Part shown: one piece after another, positions 39,956 through 51,670 of the stretch
How positions within the stretch are numbered: the first letter of the stretch is position 1
Layout of the letters: every line of letters starts with the position of its first letter
Source: Octopus vulgaris
Lineage: Eukaryota
Assembly (NCBI GenBank): GCA_951406725.2
Contig: OX597820.1
Span: 36,270,001 to 36,334,000, forward strand
Length of the DNA: 64,000 nt
Direction: 5' to 3'
The notes under the pieces: model-generated
Seen by the model: only the letters and a program-made list of their open reading frames with translations
Databases searched by the model: none
Told to the model about the DNA's origin: nothing
Translations under genes and position numbers: made by a program

Positions 39956-41299
39956 TTGGTGCAGGTTGGTGAGCAACTGCTGTTATCCGGTGATATTACA
40001 ACCAGCGTCCAATCAAGAAACCACAAAATAAAACTACTGCGGTGCATCAATAATAAAAGCGAAAACATCTATCTGCCATTTGAGAAAAGAGGGATTTTTT
40101 CACCAATTTATTCAGAAGATATGTACACTGGAGTACTTCAGATTCGAGATATTATCCAAAAGTACCGTATGCCACTTACTGTCAAATTGGTGCATGGAAT
40201 TTGGCCTAAGGTAGAGAAAGAACGTTTCACTGGTTTAATACGTCTAGATTGGGTTTATGTTGATGATACAGTATTTATGTGTCCTTTCGAAAAAGACATT
40301 ATTCGTATGATCCCAGTACCTTTAGATTCCTCACTGCAGTTAGCACCTTCAACAAATTTCAAAGCCTTGACAGAGAAAGAATCTTACAAAAAACTTCATT
40401 CAAAATGTTCAAGAATGGTGTCCAACTACAATAACACAATCCATCTCATAGTAAATGTACCAAAAGCTGTAGCAAGATGTTTAAACAATAAAGTGTCACG
40501 TAATATGTTTTCCCAGACAGCTCAGCCAGAGTCAAATGCAAAATCAATCTCCAAGACTAAAGAAGAGAGGCTGATGGATGAGATTGATGATATATATCAG
40601 TTTGTCCGTGATGGTGGTGTAGCACCAAAGTCAAAGTTTACTTATGATTCAGATGAAGAAAGCTTCTGGGAAGAACCAGCTTATGAGCCACTTGATAACT
40701 TCCAGCAATGTCTCAAGGCTATTGAATCAGGAAAGCAAGTTCAGTACCACAAGAAATACCAGCCTGCAGATGCAGCCAAACTTGGTTTGGGGCGCAAACA
40801 AAATGCTGGTAACATCCGTAAGTCGCAGAGATCATACGTTTCAACGGCTGCTAACAGTAAATCCAAGGAAAAACAAAAACAAGTAGTTGAACAACGGAAC
40901 TTGACTCAAATTAAGCCTGAAACAGACAGAGCAACAAATAATCAGAACTTAACTAAGAGTTGCAATAATGTTTCTGATTTACCATTAGGTTCCAATATCA
41001 AAGACTCTGGTAAGACATCCCATAGTGCTGAAACACCACTCCCACCACCTATCCCACCACGCCACTACAAAAGATCTGGTTCTTTCCCATTATTGGATAC
41101 TGCACCTGTTTTAAAGCTTATACAAGCTTCAAGTGATCAGCATTTAATGCAGTCTTCGAAGTCAAACAACACCAGCCAGGGCTCAAGTGCTACCAGTAGT
41201 GCAAACAGTTCAAAAAAATTCTCAAAAAAATTGGCTTTGGAAGAATCAGCACATTTTATAAAACACCTGAACAAAAGACGGCAGACAATGTTTTTATAA
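39956..41299 (+). CDS. Coding exon 2 of the CABIT-domain adaptor protein
   Basis: 447 codons plus TAA; LRCINN..IYLPFEKRGIFSPI, YRMPLTVKLVHG (CABIT-like), DDIYQFV and EPAYEPL tyrosine motifs, PPPIPPR; acceptor TTGCAG|TTG. Confidence 0.85.
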   Translation: MVQVGEQLLLSGDITTSVQSRNHKIKLLRCINNKSENIYLPFEKRGIFSPIYSEDMYTGVLQIRDIIQKYRMPLTVKLVHGIWPKVEKERFTGLIRLDWVYVDDTVFMCPFEKDIIRMIPVPLDSSLQLAPSTNFKALTEKESYKKLHSKCSRMVSNYNNTIHLIVNVPKAVARCLNNKVSRNMFSQTAQPESNAKSISKTKEERLMDEIDDIYQFVRDGGVAPKSKFTYDSDEESFWEEPAYEPLDNFQQCLKAIESGKQVQYHKKYQPADAAKLGLGRKQNAGNIRKSQRSYVSTAANSKSKEKQKQVVEQRNLTQIKPETDRATNNQNLTKSCNNVSDLPLGSNIKDSGKTSHSAETPLPPPIPPRHYKRSGSFPLLDTAPVLKLIQASSDQHLMQSSKSNNTSQGSSATSSANSSKKFSKKLALEESAHFIKHLNKRRQTMFL

Positions 41300-41354
41300 C
41301 AAATTTTATTTTTGTACTATTTTTGGAGACATTGGCAACAAATTCAATTTTTCT

Positions 41355-41360
41355 AATAAA
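41355..41360 (+). promoter_or_regulatory. Candidate polyadenylation signal AATAAA
   Basis: 56 nt after the stop codon, with U-rich sequence downstream. Confidence 0.45.
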
Positions 41361-41510
41361 GAAATGTCCAAGCTCTATTTCATTTGTTGAATTAATACTC
41401 ATATATTTTCTCTTTCACTATTCCATAATTTGCCTCCCTCTGACCTCGTGAGCACCGCCAGCAATTTTTTTTCCTCTGTCTTCCCTTCTCGGGATCTTTC
41501 CTTCTCCTTT

Positions 41511-41545
41511 GTTTCCGACGAAGAGCTCCGCTCGAAATGTTAAAC
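41511..41545 (+). ncRNA. Minimal hammerhead-like motif, CCGACGA core
   Basis: gttt-CCGACGA-A-GAGC tcc GCTC-GAAA-TGTT-aaac. Confidence 0.6.
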
Positions 41546-41684
41546 CCTCCTTCCCTTCTTTCCTGAGCATCCATTAATACTTTATTTGTTCCACGTCCTC
41601 GCGTTGCTGTGTTTTTTTTGTGTTTTCTTGTTTATATATGCATACATACATATATACATATATATATACATATATATATATACA

Positions 41685-41828
41685 TATAATAATGTTCGTC
41701 CTTCGGTTCGAAGATGACCAACTGACATCATCTGATGGAACTGCCGCCATGAGACCTGAGGTGGCTGGTGAGGCCAATCCGGCAAGGAAGCCCCTCCCAC
41801 AGGTGGGGCAGAAGTGGGTAGGGGCTTA
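41685..41828 (-). mobile_element. RTE/BovB-like 3' end
   Basis: Minus strand HFCPTCGRGF..IGLTSHLRSH, then GTCATCTTCGAACCGAAGGACGAAC and a short repeat tail. Confidence 0.65.
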
Positions 41829-41833
41829 CACAT

Positions 41834-41870
<37 letters not shown>

Positions 41871-41876
41871 CACATG

Positions 41877-42001
41877 TACTTTATTTAAAAGCAGCAGAAA
41901 TATAACAAAAGCTGTTACTCAGAGTTTCACGTTCCTGTTAAAATAGAACAAAACTGTCCGATGAAAGGGAACGTGAAACTCTGAGTAACAGCTTTTGTTA
42001 T
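41877..42001 (+). mobile_element. Small hairpin element with a hammerhead (41954-41991); second copy at 44574-44700
   Basis: ~34-bp inverted arms ATAACAAAAGCTGTTACTCAGAGTTTCACGTTCC / GGAACGTGAAACTCTGAGTAACAGCTTTTGTTAT. Confidence 0.75.
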
Positions 42002-42041
42002 GTGTACACATTATATATATATACACATATATATGTATATA

Positions 42042-42147
<106 letters not shown>

Positions 42148-42155
42148 TACATGTG

Positions 42156-42188
<33 letters not shown>

Positions 42189-42840
42189 ATATCTATATAT
42201 ATATATATATATATATATTGAAAAAATTCGTCATAGGTATAAAGATACTATAAACAAGTATAAAAATGGAGAAAATATGTTAAAATCAAAATTAGATTTA
42301 ATACAAAATTGAATTTAATACATACATGGCTATTTTTATGAATATGATGAATTTTAATTGGAAATGATCCTAGAATCATTAGAATTTTTTTTTCATTGAA
42401 TGAATTCCTGTAACCTTCTAATATTGCAAAATTAGGTTACTTAAGATGAGCCTGGTAACTGATGGTTTTGGGGTCTTTTTTGTAACTTTTGGTGAGCCAT
42501 GGTGCAACCACCAGCATGGTAAAAATCCCTGCCATTAATTCAGTGTGGATGGGTAATATCAAATAATTCAATCACAACATTCTAGAGCCAGATGTTCTTG
42601 TTGTTGCCAACCATCACCTGTTTCCAAGCAACATGATATTTTCTCATAGGCAGATATCTTATAAAACACCTGAACAAAAGACGGCAGACAATGTTTTTAT
42701 AACAAATTTTATTTTTGTATTCTTTTTGGAGACATTGGCAACAAATTCAATTTTTCTAATAAAGAAATGTTCAAGCTCTATTTCATTTGTTGAATTAATA
42801 CTCATATATTTTCTCTTTCACTATTCCATAATTTGCTTCC

Positions 42841-42904
<64 letters not shown>

Positions 42905-42906
<2 letters not shown>

Positions 42907-44360
42907 CATCATCATCATCATCATCGTTTAACGTCCGCTTTCCATGCTAGCATGGGTTGGACGGTTCAACTGGGGTCTGGCAAGCCCGAAGGCTACACCA
43001 GGCCAGTCAGATCTGGCAGTGTTTCTACAGCTGGATACCCTTCCTAACGCCAACCACTCCGAGAGTGTAGTGGGTGATTTTATGTGCCACCGACACAGGT
43101 GCCAGATGAGGCTGGCAGACGGCCATGCTCGGATGGTGTTTTTTATGTGCCACTGACACAGGTGCCAGACAAGGCTGGCAGACGGCCACGCTCGGATGGT
43201 GTTTTTTATGTGCCACCGACACAGGTACCAGACGAGGCTGGCAGACGGCCACGCTCGGATATGGTGTTTTCGGTGTTTTTCTTATGTGCCACCGACACAG
43301 GTGCCAGACGAGGCTGGCGAACGGCTACGATCGGATGGTGTTTGTTACGTGCCCACGGCACAGAGGCCGGTCGATGCGGTACTGGCTACGGTCCCGTTCG
43401 GGTGGTTTTCTTATGTGCCACCGGCACTGGTACCACAAGGATACAAATTCCATTGATGTTCATCTATTTTGATTTGGTTTGACTTGATTCGATTTGACTT
43501 TGATTTGATTTGCCTCAACAGGTCTTCACAAGTGTCACAAGCAGGAAGGTATGCACAGGTGGACTGACTACGTCCCAGGTAGGGGCCACGGGTTATGGCT
43601 TCACTAGTCTTGCCGGGTCTTCTCACGCACAGCATACTTCCATAGGTCTCGGTCTCTAGTCATTTCCATGGTGAGACCTAACGTTCGAAGGTCGTGCTTC
43701 ACCAACTCGTCCCAGGTTTTCCTGGGTCTACCTCTTCCACGGGTTCCCTCAACTGCTAGGGATTGGCACTTTCTCACACACCTATCTTCATCCATTCTCG
43801 CCACATGACCATACCAGCGCAATCGTCTCTCTTGCACGCAACAACTGATGCTTCTTAGGTACAACATTTCTCTCAGAGAACTAACGCTCTGTCGAGTAAG
43901 TACACTGACATTACACATCCATCGGAGCATACTGGCTTCATTCCTCATGAGCTTACGCATGTCCTCAGCAGTCACGGCCCATGTTTCACTGCCATGTAGC
44001 ATGGCAGTTCGAACACATGCATCATACAGTCTGCCCTTTACTCTGAGCGAGAGGCCTTTAGTCACCAGCAGAGGTAAGAGCTCCCTAAACTTTGCCCAGG
44101 CTATTCTTATTCTAGCAGTTACACTCTCAGTGCACCCACCCCCACTACTGACTTGGTCACCTAGATAACGGAAGCTATCAACTACTTCTAATTTTTCCCC
44201 CTGGAAAGTGACGGAAGTTGTTTTCTGCAGATTTTCGGAGGTCAATGCTCCCGAGCATCTGCCACATATAAAAACTATCTTCCCAGTTAGCCTACCTTTG
44301 ACATTGCTGCACCTCTTATGTGTCCATAGCTTACACTTATGTGTCCATAGCTTACACTTA
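42905..44360 (-). mobile_element. 5'-truncated RTE LINE with a tandem-repeat 3'UTR and (ATG)n tail
   Basis: ORF to 43604: [43 protein letters not shown]. Confidence 0.9.
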
Positions 44361-44650
44361 TATATATATATATATATATGTATATAAATATATATGTATA
44401 TATATGCATACATACATATATACATATATATAAACATATATATATATACATATAATATATATATATATATATATACATATATACATATATATACATATAT
44501 ATATATATGTACATATATATACATATATATATACACACACACACACATATATATATATATACACACACACATATACTTTATTTAAAAGCAGCAGAAATAT
44601 AACAAAAGCTGTTACTCAGAGTTTCACATTCCTGTTAAAATAGAACAAAA

Positions 44651-44688
44651 CTGTCCGATGAACGGGAACGTGAAACTCTGAGTAACAG
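44651..44688 (+). ncRNA. Minimal hammerhead, CCGAUGA core, GNRA-capped stem II
   Basis: ctgt-CCGATGA-ACG ggaa CGT-GAAA-CTC t GAG-TA-acag; GUA site. Confidence 0.72.
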
Positions 44689-44728
44689 CTTTTGTTATAT
44701 ATATACATTATATATAAGTGTGTGTGTG

Positions 44729-44760
<32 letters not shown>

Positions 44761-44761
44761 C

Positions 44762-44811
<50 letters not shown>

Positions 44812-45196
44812 AAAATAATATGTTACATTACTCGATAGTCAAGATAAAACTCTGAGTTTCAGATGCCAAAGTGGGAATCCACAACATCATCTCTTCGGTT
44901 ATCTGGTTATTTGAAAACGCTATGAAAAAATACCGTTATACAAAGGGAAATTACTGTGTTATAACTCTGCTTGCCTGCGTACTTATACACCGCTATGTAA
45001 ACGTACACATCTTCACTCGCATTTTTCGCCATAAAAAATTATATAAAAATACATAGATAAAGCCCTCGTCTTCGCTAGCGACTTCATAGAAATTAGTACA
45101 AATGATAAGGACATAATCTTCCATGCTAGAAAGACCTTACTTTTCAGTGAGAATGCAAAGTGGGTCAAAAACACCGACACAGAGGGCGCTTTCGAT

Positions 45197-46378
45197 GTGA
45201 GCATGGGGGCAGGCATTTGCGATCTTATAGGATTTTTTCTCCTAGATAACTTAGGTAAGACATTCCCTGATGTACATTTCGCCATCTACAACGATGATGC
45301 CCTCGCCTTAACAGCCAATACAAATGGACCAGCACAAGATCGTTTTAGGAAGGATATTATCCAGTTAATGAAATACTTCAGACTTAGTATAACTATAGAT
45401 ACTAACCTGACGGTTGTCAATTTCTTAGACGTTTCCTTAGATCTTAATAAGAATATTTATAAGCCTTATAGGAAGCCCAATGATAGACTAAGTTATATTA
45501 ATGTAGGTTCATGCCATCCCCCTATAGTATTCAAAAATTTAGTTAAAAATATTAGTAAGAGGATTTCTAGCCTCTCCTCTGATAAGGACATTTTTAATAG
45601 CGTTGCCCCAGTTTATAATAAGGCTTTAAAAGATAGTGGCTTTAGTGAAAAAATAAAATATACACCCATTACTAGCCCAACAGTAAGGAAAAGGAATAAT
45701 AGAAATAGGAAGGTTATCTGGTTTACACCCCCTTACTCACCCGAGGTGGCCTTCAATATAGGTAAATATTTCCTAGCACTGATAGATAGACATTTTCCAG
45801 TTAACCATACTTATAGGAAACTCTTCAATAGACACAATTTAAAAATTAGTTTTAGTTCCACTACCAATTTTAAAAACATAATCAAACATAACATACAAAA
45901 AACACAACAAGAAAACAGCTGTTCATGCAGGAATAAAGAATTGTGCCCGCTAAATGGAGCTTGCATGTCCAAGACCATCATATATGAAGCTACCATAGAC
46001 TCTATAACCACTAAAGACACCGTTTCGACGAAGAAATACGTGGGCCTTACAGAGGGTAATTTCAAGGCCAGGTTCAATAACCACACTTTGAGCTTTAGGC
46101 ACTGGAACAAAAGAAAAGCGACACAATTATCTAATCATATTTGGTCTTTAAGAGATAAAGGTGTCGATTATAACATACATTGGAAGATTTTGGCCAAATG
46201 TAAGCTCTATACCAATGGCAGCGGAAGGTGCGGTCTATGCGACATGGAGAGATGGCTTATCTGGAAAAGCAGCTTAGACCCTACTACATGTCTAAACTCA
46301 AGGACAGAACTTTTCGGATCATGCCCACACGTGACTAAATTTCTGTTACGTTTTTGGTCCCCTAAAGAAAACAGATAG
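45197..46378 (+). pseudogene. PLE reverse transcriptase (partial) + GIY-YIG endonuclease
   Basis: FDVSMG, IYNDD, NFLDV, YRKP, IWFTPPYS, CSCRNKELCPLNGAC, IIY..YVG.T..FK.R..NH, CGLC..E, LN.R.E; the frame is open from ~45050. Confidence 0.88.
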
Positions 46379-46632
46379 AACATGCTTTCTATGTTATGTC
46401 CCAAGAAGGTTTTTTTACCTCACCATACCTTCTATCATATATTTTTTATATATATTTTATGTATATTTTTTATATATTTTTTATGTATTTTTATATAATT
46501 TTTTATGGCAAAAAATGCGAGTGAAGATGTGTACGTTTACATAGCGATGTATAAGTACACAGGCAAGCAGAGTTATAACACAGTAATTTCCCTTTGTATA
46601 ACGGTATTTTTTCATAGCGATTTCAAATAGCC

Positions 46633-46695
46633 AGATAACCGAAGAGATGACGTTGTGGATTCCCACTTTGGCATCTGAAACTCAGAGTTTTATCT
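46633..46695 (+). ncRNA. Hammerhead-like motif in the PLE pLTR (inverted copy at 44842-44904)
   Basis: agataa-CCGAAGA-GATG..GTGG attc CCAC..CATC-T-GAAA-CTC a GAG-TT-ttatct. Confidence 0.65.
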
Positions 46696-47437
46696 TGACT
46701 ATCAAGTAATGTAACATATTATTTTATAGATAAATTTCCTCTATTTACATAATATTGAGGTCTCTTTCTTTCTTTTGTTATCTTACCATTTTACCAATAT
46801 ATATATCTATATATATATATATATATATATATATTGAAAAAATTCGTCATAGGTATAAAGATACTATATCATCATCATCATCATGTATAACAAGTATAAA
46901 AATGGAGAAAATATGTTAAAATCAAAATTAGATTTAATACAAAATTGAATTTAATACATACATGGCTATTTTTATGAATATGATGAATTTTAATTGGAAA
47001 TGATCCTAGAATCATTAGAATTTTTTTTTCATTGAATGAATTCCTGTAACCTTCTAATATTGCAAAATTAGGTTACTTAAGATGAGCCTGGTAACTGATG
47101 GTTTTGGGGTCTTGTTTGTAACTTTTGGTGAGCCATGGTGCAACCACCAGCATGGTAAAAATCTCTGCCATTAATTCAGTGTGGATGGGTAATATCAAAT
47201 AATTCAATCACAACATTCTAGAGCCAGATGTTCTTGTTGTTGCCAACCATCACCTGTTTCCAAGCAAAGTGATATTTTCTCATAGCCAGATATGTTTTTA
47301 CAGATTATTAGAAATGAATTACACTGCTTGTATAACAGTGACACTCATTTACAACTATCACTCAAAGTCAAAGAGACACAAACGTACACACACTCACACA
47401 CATATAGACACAAGTACATATATATATGTATGTATAT

Positions 47438-47750
47438 TTAACAAATTAGATGGGCGGCTTACTAGCAATTTGAACCTATAGGCAAAAATCAATAGAGGTC
47501 ACAGAAGTGACAGAGGGTACTGACTAGCACCACTATTGCTAGAAATAAAGAGTTAAAACAACTCAAAAGCCACAAAGCACAATCCTATCAATTTTTGCCT
47601 TTAGGTTCAAATTGCTAATAAGCCACCCATTTAATTTGGTGTTTACAATTTTACTGATTTTAAAATCAGCATATGTTTTCTTATAAGGCTGACAGAGGTA
47701 GTTCAGTTTAACCCTAGGCACTTTTATGACCTCTATTAATTTTGCCTGTA
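47438..47750. repeat. Overlapping inverted repeats
   Basis: 47438-47489 vs 47591-47640, and 47477-47518 vs 47711-47750. Confidence 0.6.
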
Positions 47751-48710
47751 TGTATACATATTCTCTTTTACTCTTTTACTTGTTTCACTCAATTGACTGC
47801 AGCTATGCTGGTGCACTGCTTTTAGTTGAACAAATCGCCCCCAGGACTTATTCTTTGTAAAGCTAGTACTTATTCTATCAGTCCCTTTTACTGAACTGCT
47901 AAGTTACAGGGATGTAAATACACCAACATCAGTTGTCAAGTGATGGTGGGGGAGATAAGCACACACACACACATACACACACCCACACACTCACACACAC
48001 ATACATATATGTATGTATGAGAAAAAATAAGTTCAAAAAGAACAGTTCAAACTTTTTCAGAGTTCAAAAAAAAAAAGAAAAAAAATTATTTGTAATAAAG
48101 ATTCATCATATTCATAAAAATCAATCAGAGCAAGTAATAAGAATATTAAAAAAATGGTTGAAAAATTTCATTATAGGAATAGATATACCATAAACAAGTA
48201 TTAAAAAATGGAGAAAAAAGATGTTAAATCAAAATGAGATTTAATACAAAATTGGATTCAATACATACACACATTTCGAAAGACAATACAAATACGTAAG
48301 AAAATAATTACAATCATAATAATTATAATTATAATGTATGTATATACAACAGGCTTGTTTCAGCTTCTGTCTATTAAATTCACTCACAAGGCTTTGGTCG
48401 GCAATACAGTGCCATACAGTGGGACTGAACCCGGAACCATGTCGTTGGGAAGCAAGCTTCTTACCACACCATTATCAAGGTGCCATACAGTGGGACTGAA
48501 CCCGGAACCATGTCGTTGGGAAGCAAGCTTCTTACCACACCATTATCATCATCATCATTTAAAATCAGCTTTCCATGTTGGCATGGGTTGGATGATTTGA
48601 CAGGAACTGGCCAGGCAGAAGACTGCACCAGACTTCTGTGTCTGTTTTGGCATGGTTTTTATAGCTAGATGCTTTCCTAACACCAACCACCCAGCAATAG
48701 ATAGACAAAC

Positions 48711-48804
<94 letters not shown>

Positions 48805-48985
48805 AGGTATATATACAATGCACTTCTTAGAATTTCAATCCACCAAATTCACTCACAAGGCTTTGTTCAGCCTGGGGCTATATTTGAAGGCACTTACCCA
48901 ATGTGCTCACAGTGAGACTGAACCAGAAACCATGTGGTTGGGAAACATATTTGTTTACCACACACACACACACACCTAAACACAC

Positions 48986-49066
<81 letters not shown>

Positions 49067-49994
49067 ATATATTTTTACATATGTGTGTGTGAACTTCATT
49101 TGAATATATAAAATTTAATTAGCGTAAAATTTTACTTATGTGATAGGGTCCGGTAAAGGCACCATAAGCAATACTAACATGCTCCTTTAAGAATCAACAA
49201 ATGCTAGTTTGTCCCCCTCACATTTTTAAGGCAACTGAGGACCCTGGTCTATCACTCATCCCATTTTCTCCCCCACCATCCCACAAATAATATTTTTCTC
49301 AAGACTATCATCTTCTTATGTGATATATCCAAAAATACTTCAGCTACAGTTACATGGTTTCGTTAATAATGACTCACTTTCTTCTATTTCTTGTAAAGTT
49401 GATTTGGTTGTGTAGTTTTCAGTTCAAGAAATTCTAAGCATTTTTCTCTAGCACTGCATTTCAAAAGCTTCAATTCTTTTCTGGTTAGTTTTATTAATAA
49501 TTTACATTCCTGTTCCTAGACTCCAATTACAAAGGCAAATATGTTTGTAACTGTTAGACTGTGACTATTATATTGGTGCCTACCAAATGGTGCCTACATT
49601 GGTACCTACAAAATCTAACACCCAGTGGGTGTTGGATATATTTTGTCAATTTTTTAAAAATCATTTGTTAACATAGGTGAGGCATAGATGTGTGGTAAGA
49701 TGCTTGCTTCCCAACCACATGGTTCTAGGTTCAGTCCCACTGCATGGCACCTTGGACAAGTATCTTGTATTATAGCATCAGGTTAACCAAAGCCTTGTGA
49801 GTGGATTTGGCAAGCAGAAACTGAAACCCCATGATGGATCACTAGCTACTAAATCTTTTTTTATTTTCTCTCCTTGTTTATTTCTGTGTTCCTTTCTGTC
49901 GAAGAGTGTAGGCTCAAAACGTAAAAGACTTTCTCACTTCCCAAGCATTCAAACTAATACATCTGTTTGTTGTTTTCACATTGTGTGTTTTGCT

Positions 49995-50625
49995 TACACA
50001 TTGTGTAATACCAAGAGTGATAAAAACCAAACATCCAGTCAACATCATGGTGTTTGGAGTGATCACTAGTGATGGCGACATTATGCTGTCATTCATCTTC
50101 CCACATGGCCTCAGACTCAGCACACAGGCCTACATAAAGTAGTGCTGCCCTTGGTCAAGAGGGTGGCTGCTGGAAGACCCTATGTCTGGTAACAGGACTC
50201 TGCACCATGCCACACAAGCAGGAGAAGCCTGTCATGGCCGTCAGACAATTTCTGTGATCACATCACCCCATAACATCTGACCACCTAACTCCCCAGACTG
50301 CAAACCCCTTGATTATTATGTGTGAGGTGCAGTTGAGCAAGAGACCAACAAAACTCTTTGTAACACCAAAGATGAACTGAAGGCAAGGATTATTGCAGCA
50401 TTCACCAACTTAAAACAGAGACCATCCAGAAGGGTTGCAGGAGATTCTGAAGTTGTCTGGAGGCCATGATTGAAGCCAATGGCGATTTTATTGAATATAT
50501 TTACTCTTTAGTATTTCAAGATATTTTATTGTAATTTTGATAAATATATCTGTTAAGATGAGATGTCAGTGTTATTTTCATTTTTGTATAATTTAGACAA
50601 CAATTTATTCACCACACCCTCTGTG
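49995..50625 (+). mobile_element. Decayed maT (DD37D) transposon inside a family A SINE
   Basis: IMVFGVITSDG, QDSAPCH..PPNSPDCKPLDYY; 37 residues between the last two Ds. Confidence 0.75.
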
Positions 50626-51446
50626 TGTATGTTTGTACACATATGTATGTATGTATATGTGCGTGTGTTGTTGTGTCTGTGCTTGTCCCCTCCCATCACC
50701 ACTTGACAACCAGTACCAGTGTGCTTATGTCCCTGTAACATAGTAGTTTGGCAAAAAGACTGATAGGATAAGTATTAGGCTTAAAAAAACAGGAGTCCTG
50801 GGGTAGATTTGTTTGACTAAAACTCTTCAAGGTAATTCTCCAGCATGGCCACAGTCAAATGACAGAAACAAGTAAAAGAATAAAAGAATATCTCTACTGA
50901 TATACCTTTTATCTCTCATCTTTTACTTGTTTCAATCATTAGACTGCAGCCATGCTGTGAGATCACCTAAAAGAAGTTTTAGTCAAATGAATCAATCCGA
51001 GTACCTTTTTCTTTTAAAGACTGGTACTTATTTTATCAGTGTCTTTTGCTGAACCACTAATTTACAGGGATGTAAACACACCAACACCAGTTGTCAAGTG
51101 GTATTGGGGGACAAACACAAACACAAAGATACTCACACCCACATTTGATATATGCTTACATATATGTGTCTCTGTGTGTGCATGTTTGTGTGTGTGTGTG
51201 CATACATGTGTGTGGGGGGTGCTCATGTGCGTGTGTGTAATTTAGTGATGAAAATTCTTAAGAATAAAGACACATCAACAAGTAGGATGTCAGAAATGGC
51301 TAGATATGATCACATAGAATTCATAATGAAATAAAACAACATTGTAGACTCCAAGTGCTGGCATGATACCATCGATATGCAAGTACCAAATCCAGTTTAT
51401 AACAATGGATCCAATTCACCAGTGGATTCTTAGTACGGCATAGGTA

Positions 51447-51670
51447 TAACCCTGTAGCATTTAGATTATTTTGTCAAATGTAGCATTTATTCATTAACAT
51501 TGTTTTGGATTAATCATGCATTATCTTGTAGCTTTGAGATTTTGATGATGTGATTGTTAATGATTTGAAAGACTTTGTGAGGTAGCTGTGAGAGGCCAGA
51601 TCTGACCAGTTTGAACATAAAACAGATAGAACATTTGGGGTTGGATATGGTCAGTTTAAAAGCTAAAGAG
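51447..51670. mobile_element. Possible piggyBac-type MITE remnant
   Basis: TAACCCTGTAGCATTTA ... TAAAAGCTAAAGAG imperfect termini; a similar end at ~9100-9118. Confidence 0.35.

Larger units (their letters stand above)
44810..46800 (+). mobile_element. 5'-truncated Penelope-like element (probably Naiad clade) with an inverted 5' copy of its 3' pLTR
   Basis: ~44812-45052 is the reverse complement of ~46482-46728; RT + GIY-YIG ORF lies between them. Confidence 0.88.

Noticed and set aside
43080-43435. CRISPR-like repeat array
   Set aside because: Whole units are similar with no unique spacers; it lies in a LINE 3'UTR in eukaryotic DNA and there are no cas genes
47515-47550. CTGAC-TAGCA..TGCTA-GAAA as a hammerhead
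   Set aside because: Core lacks G8/A9, and there is no palindromic stem III or stem I
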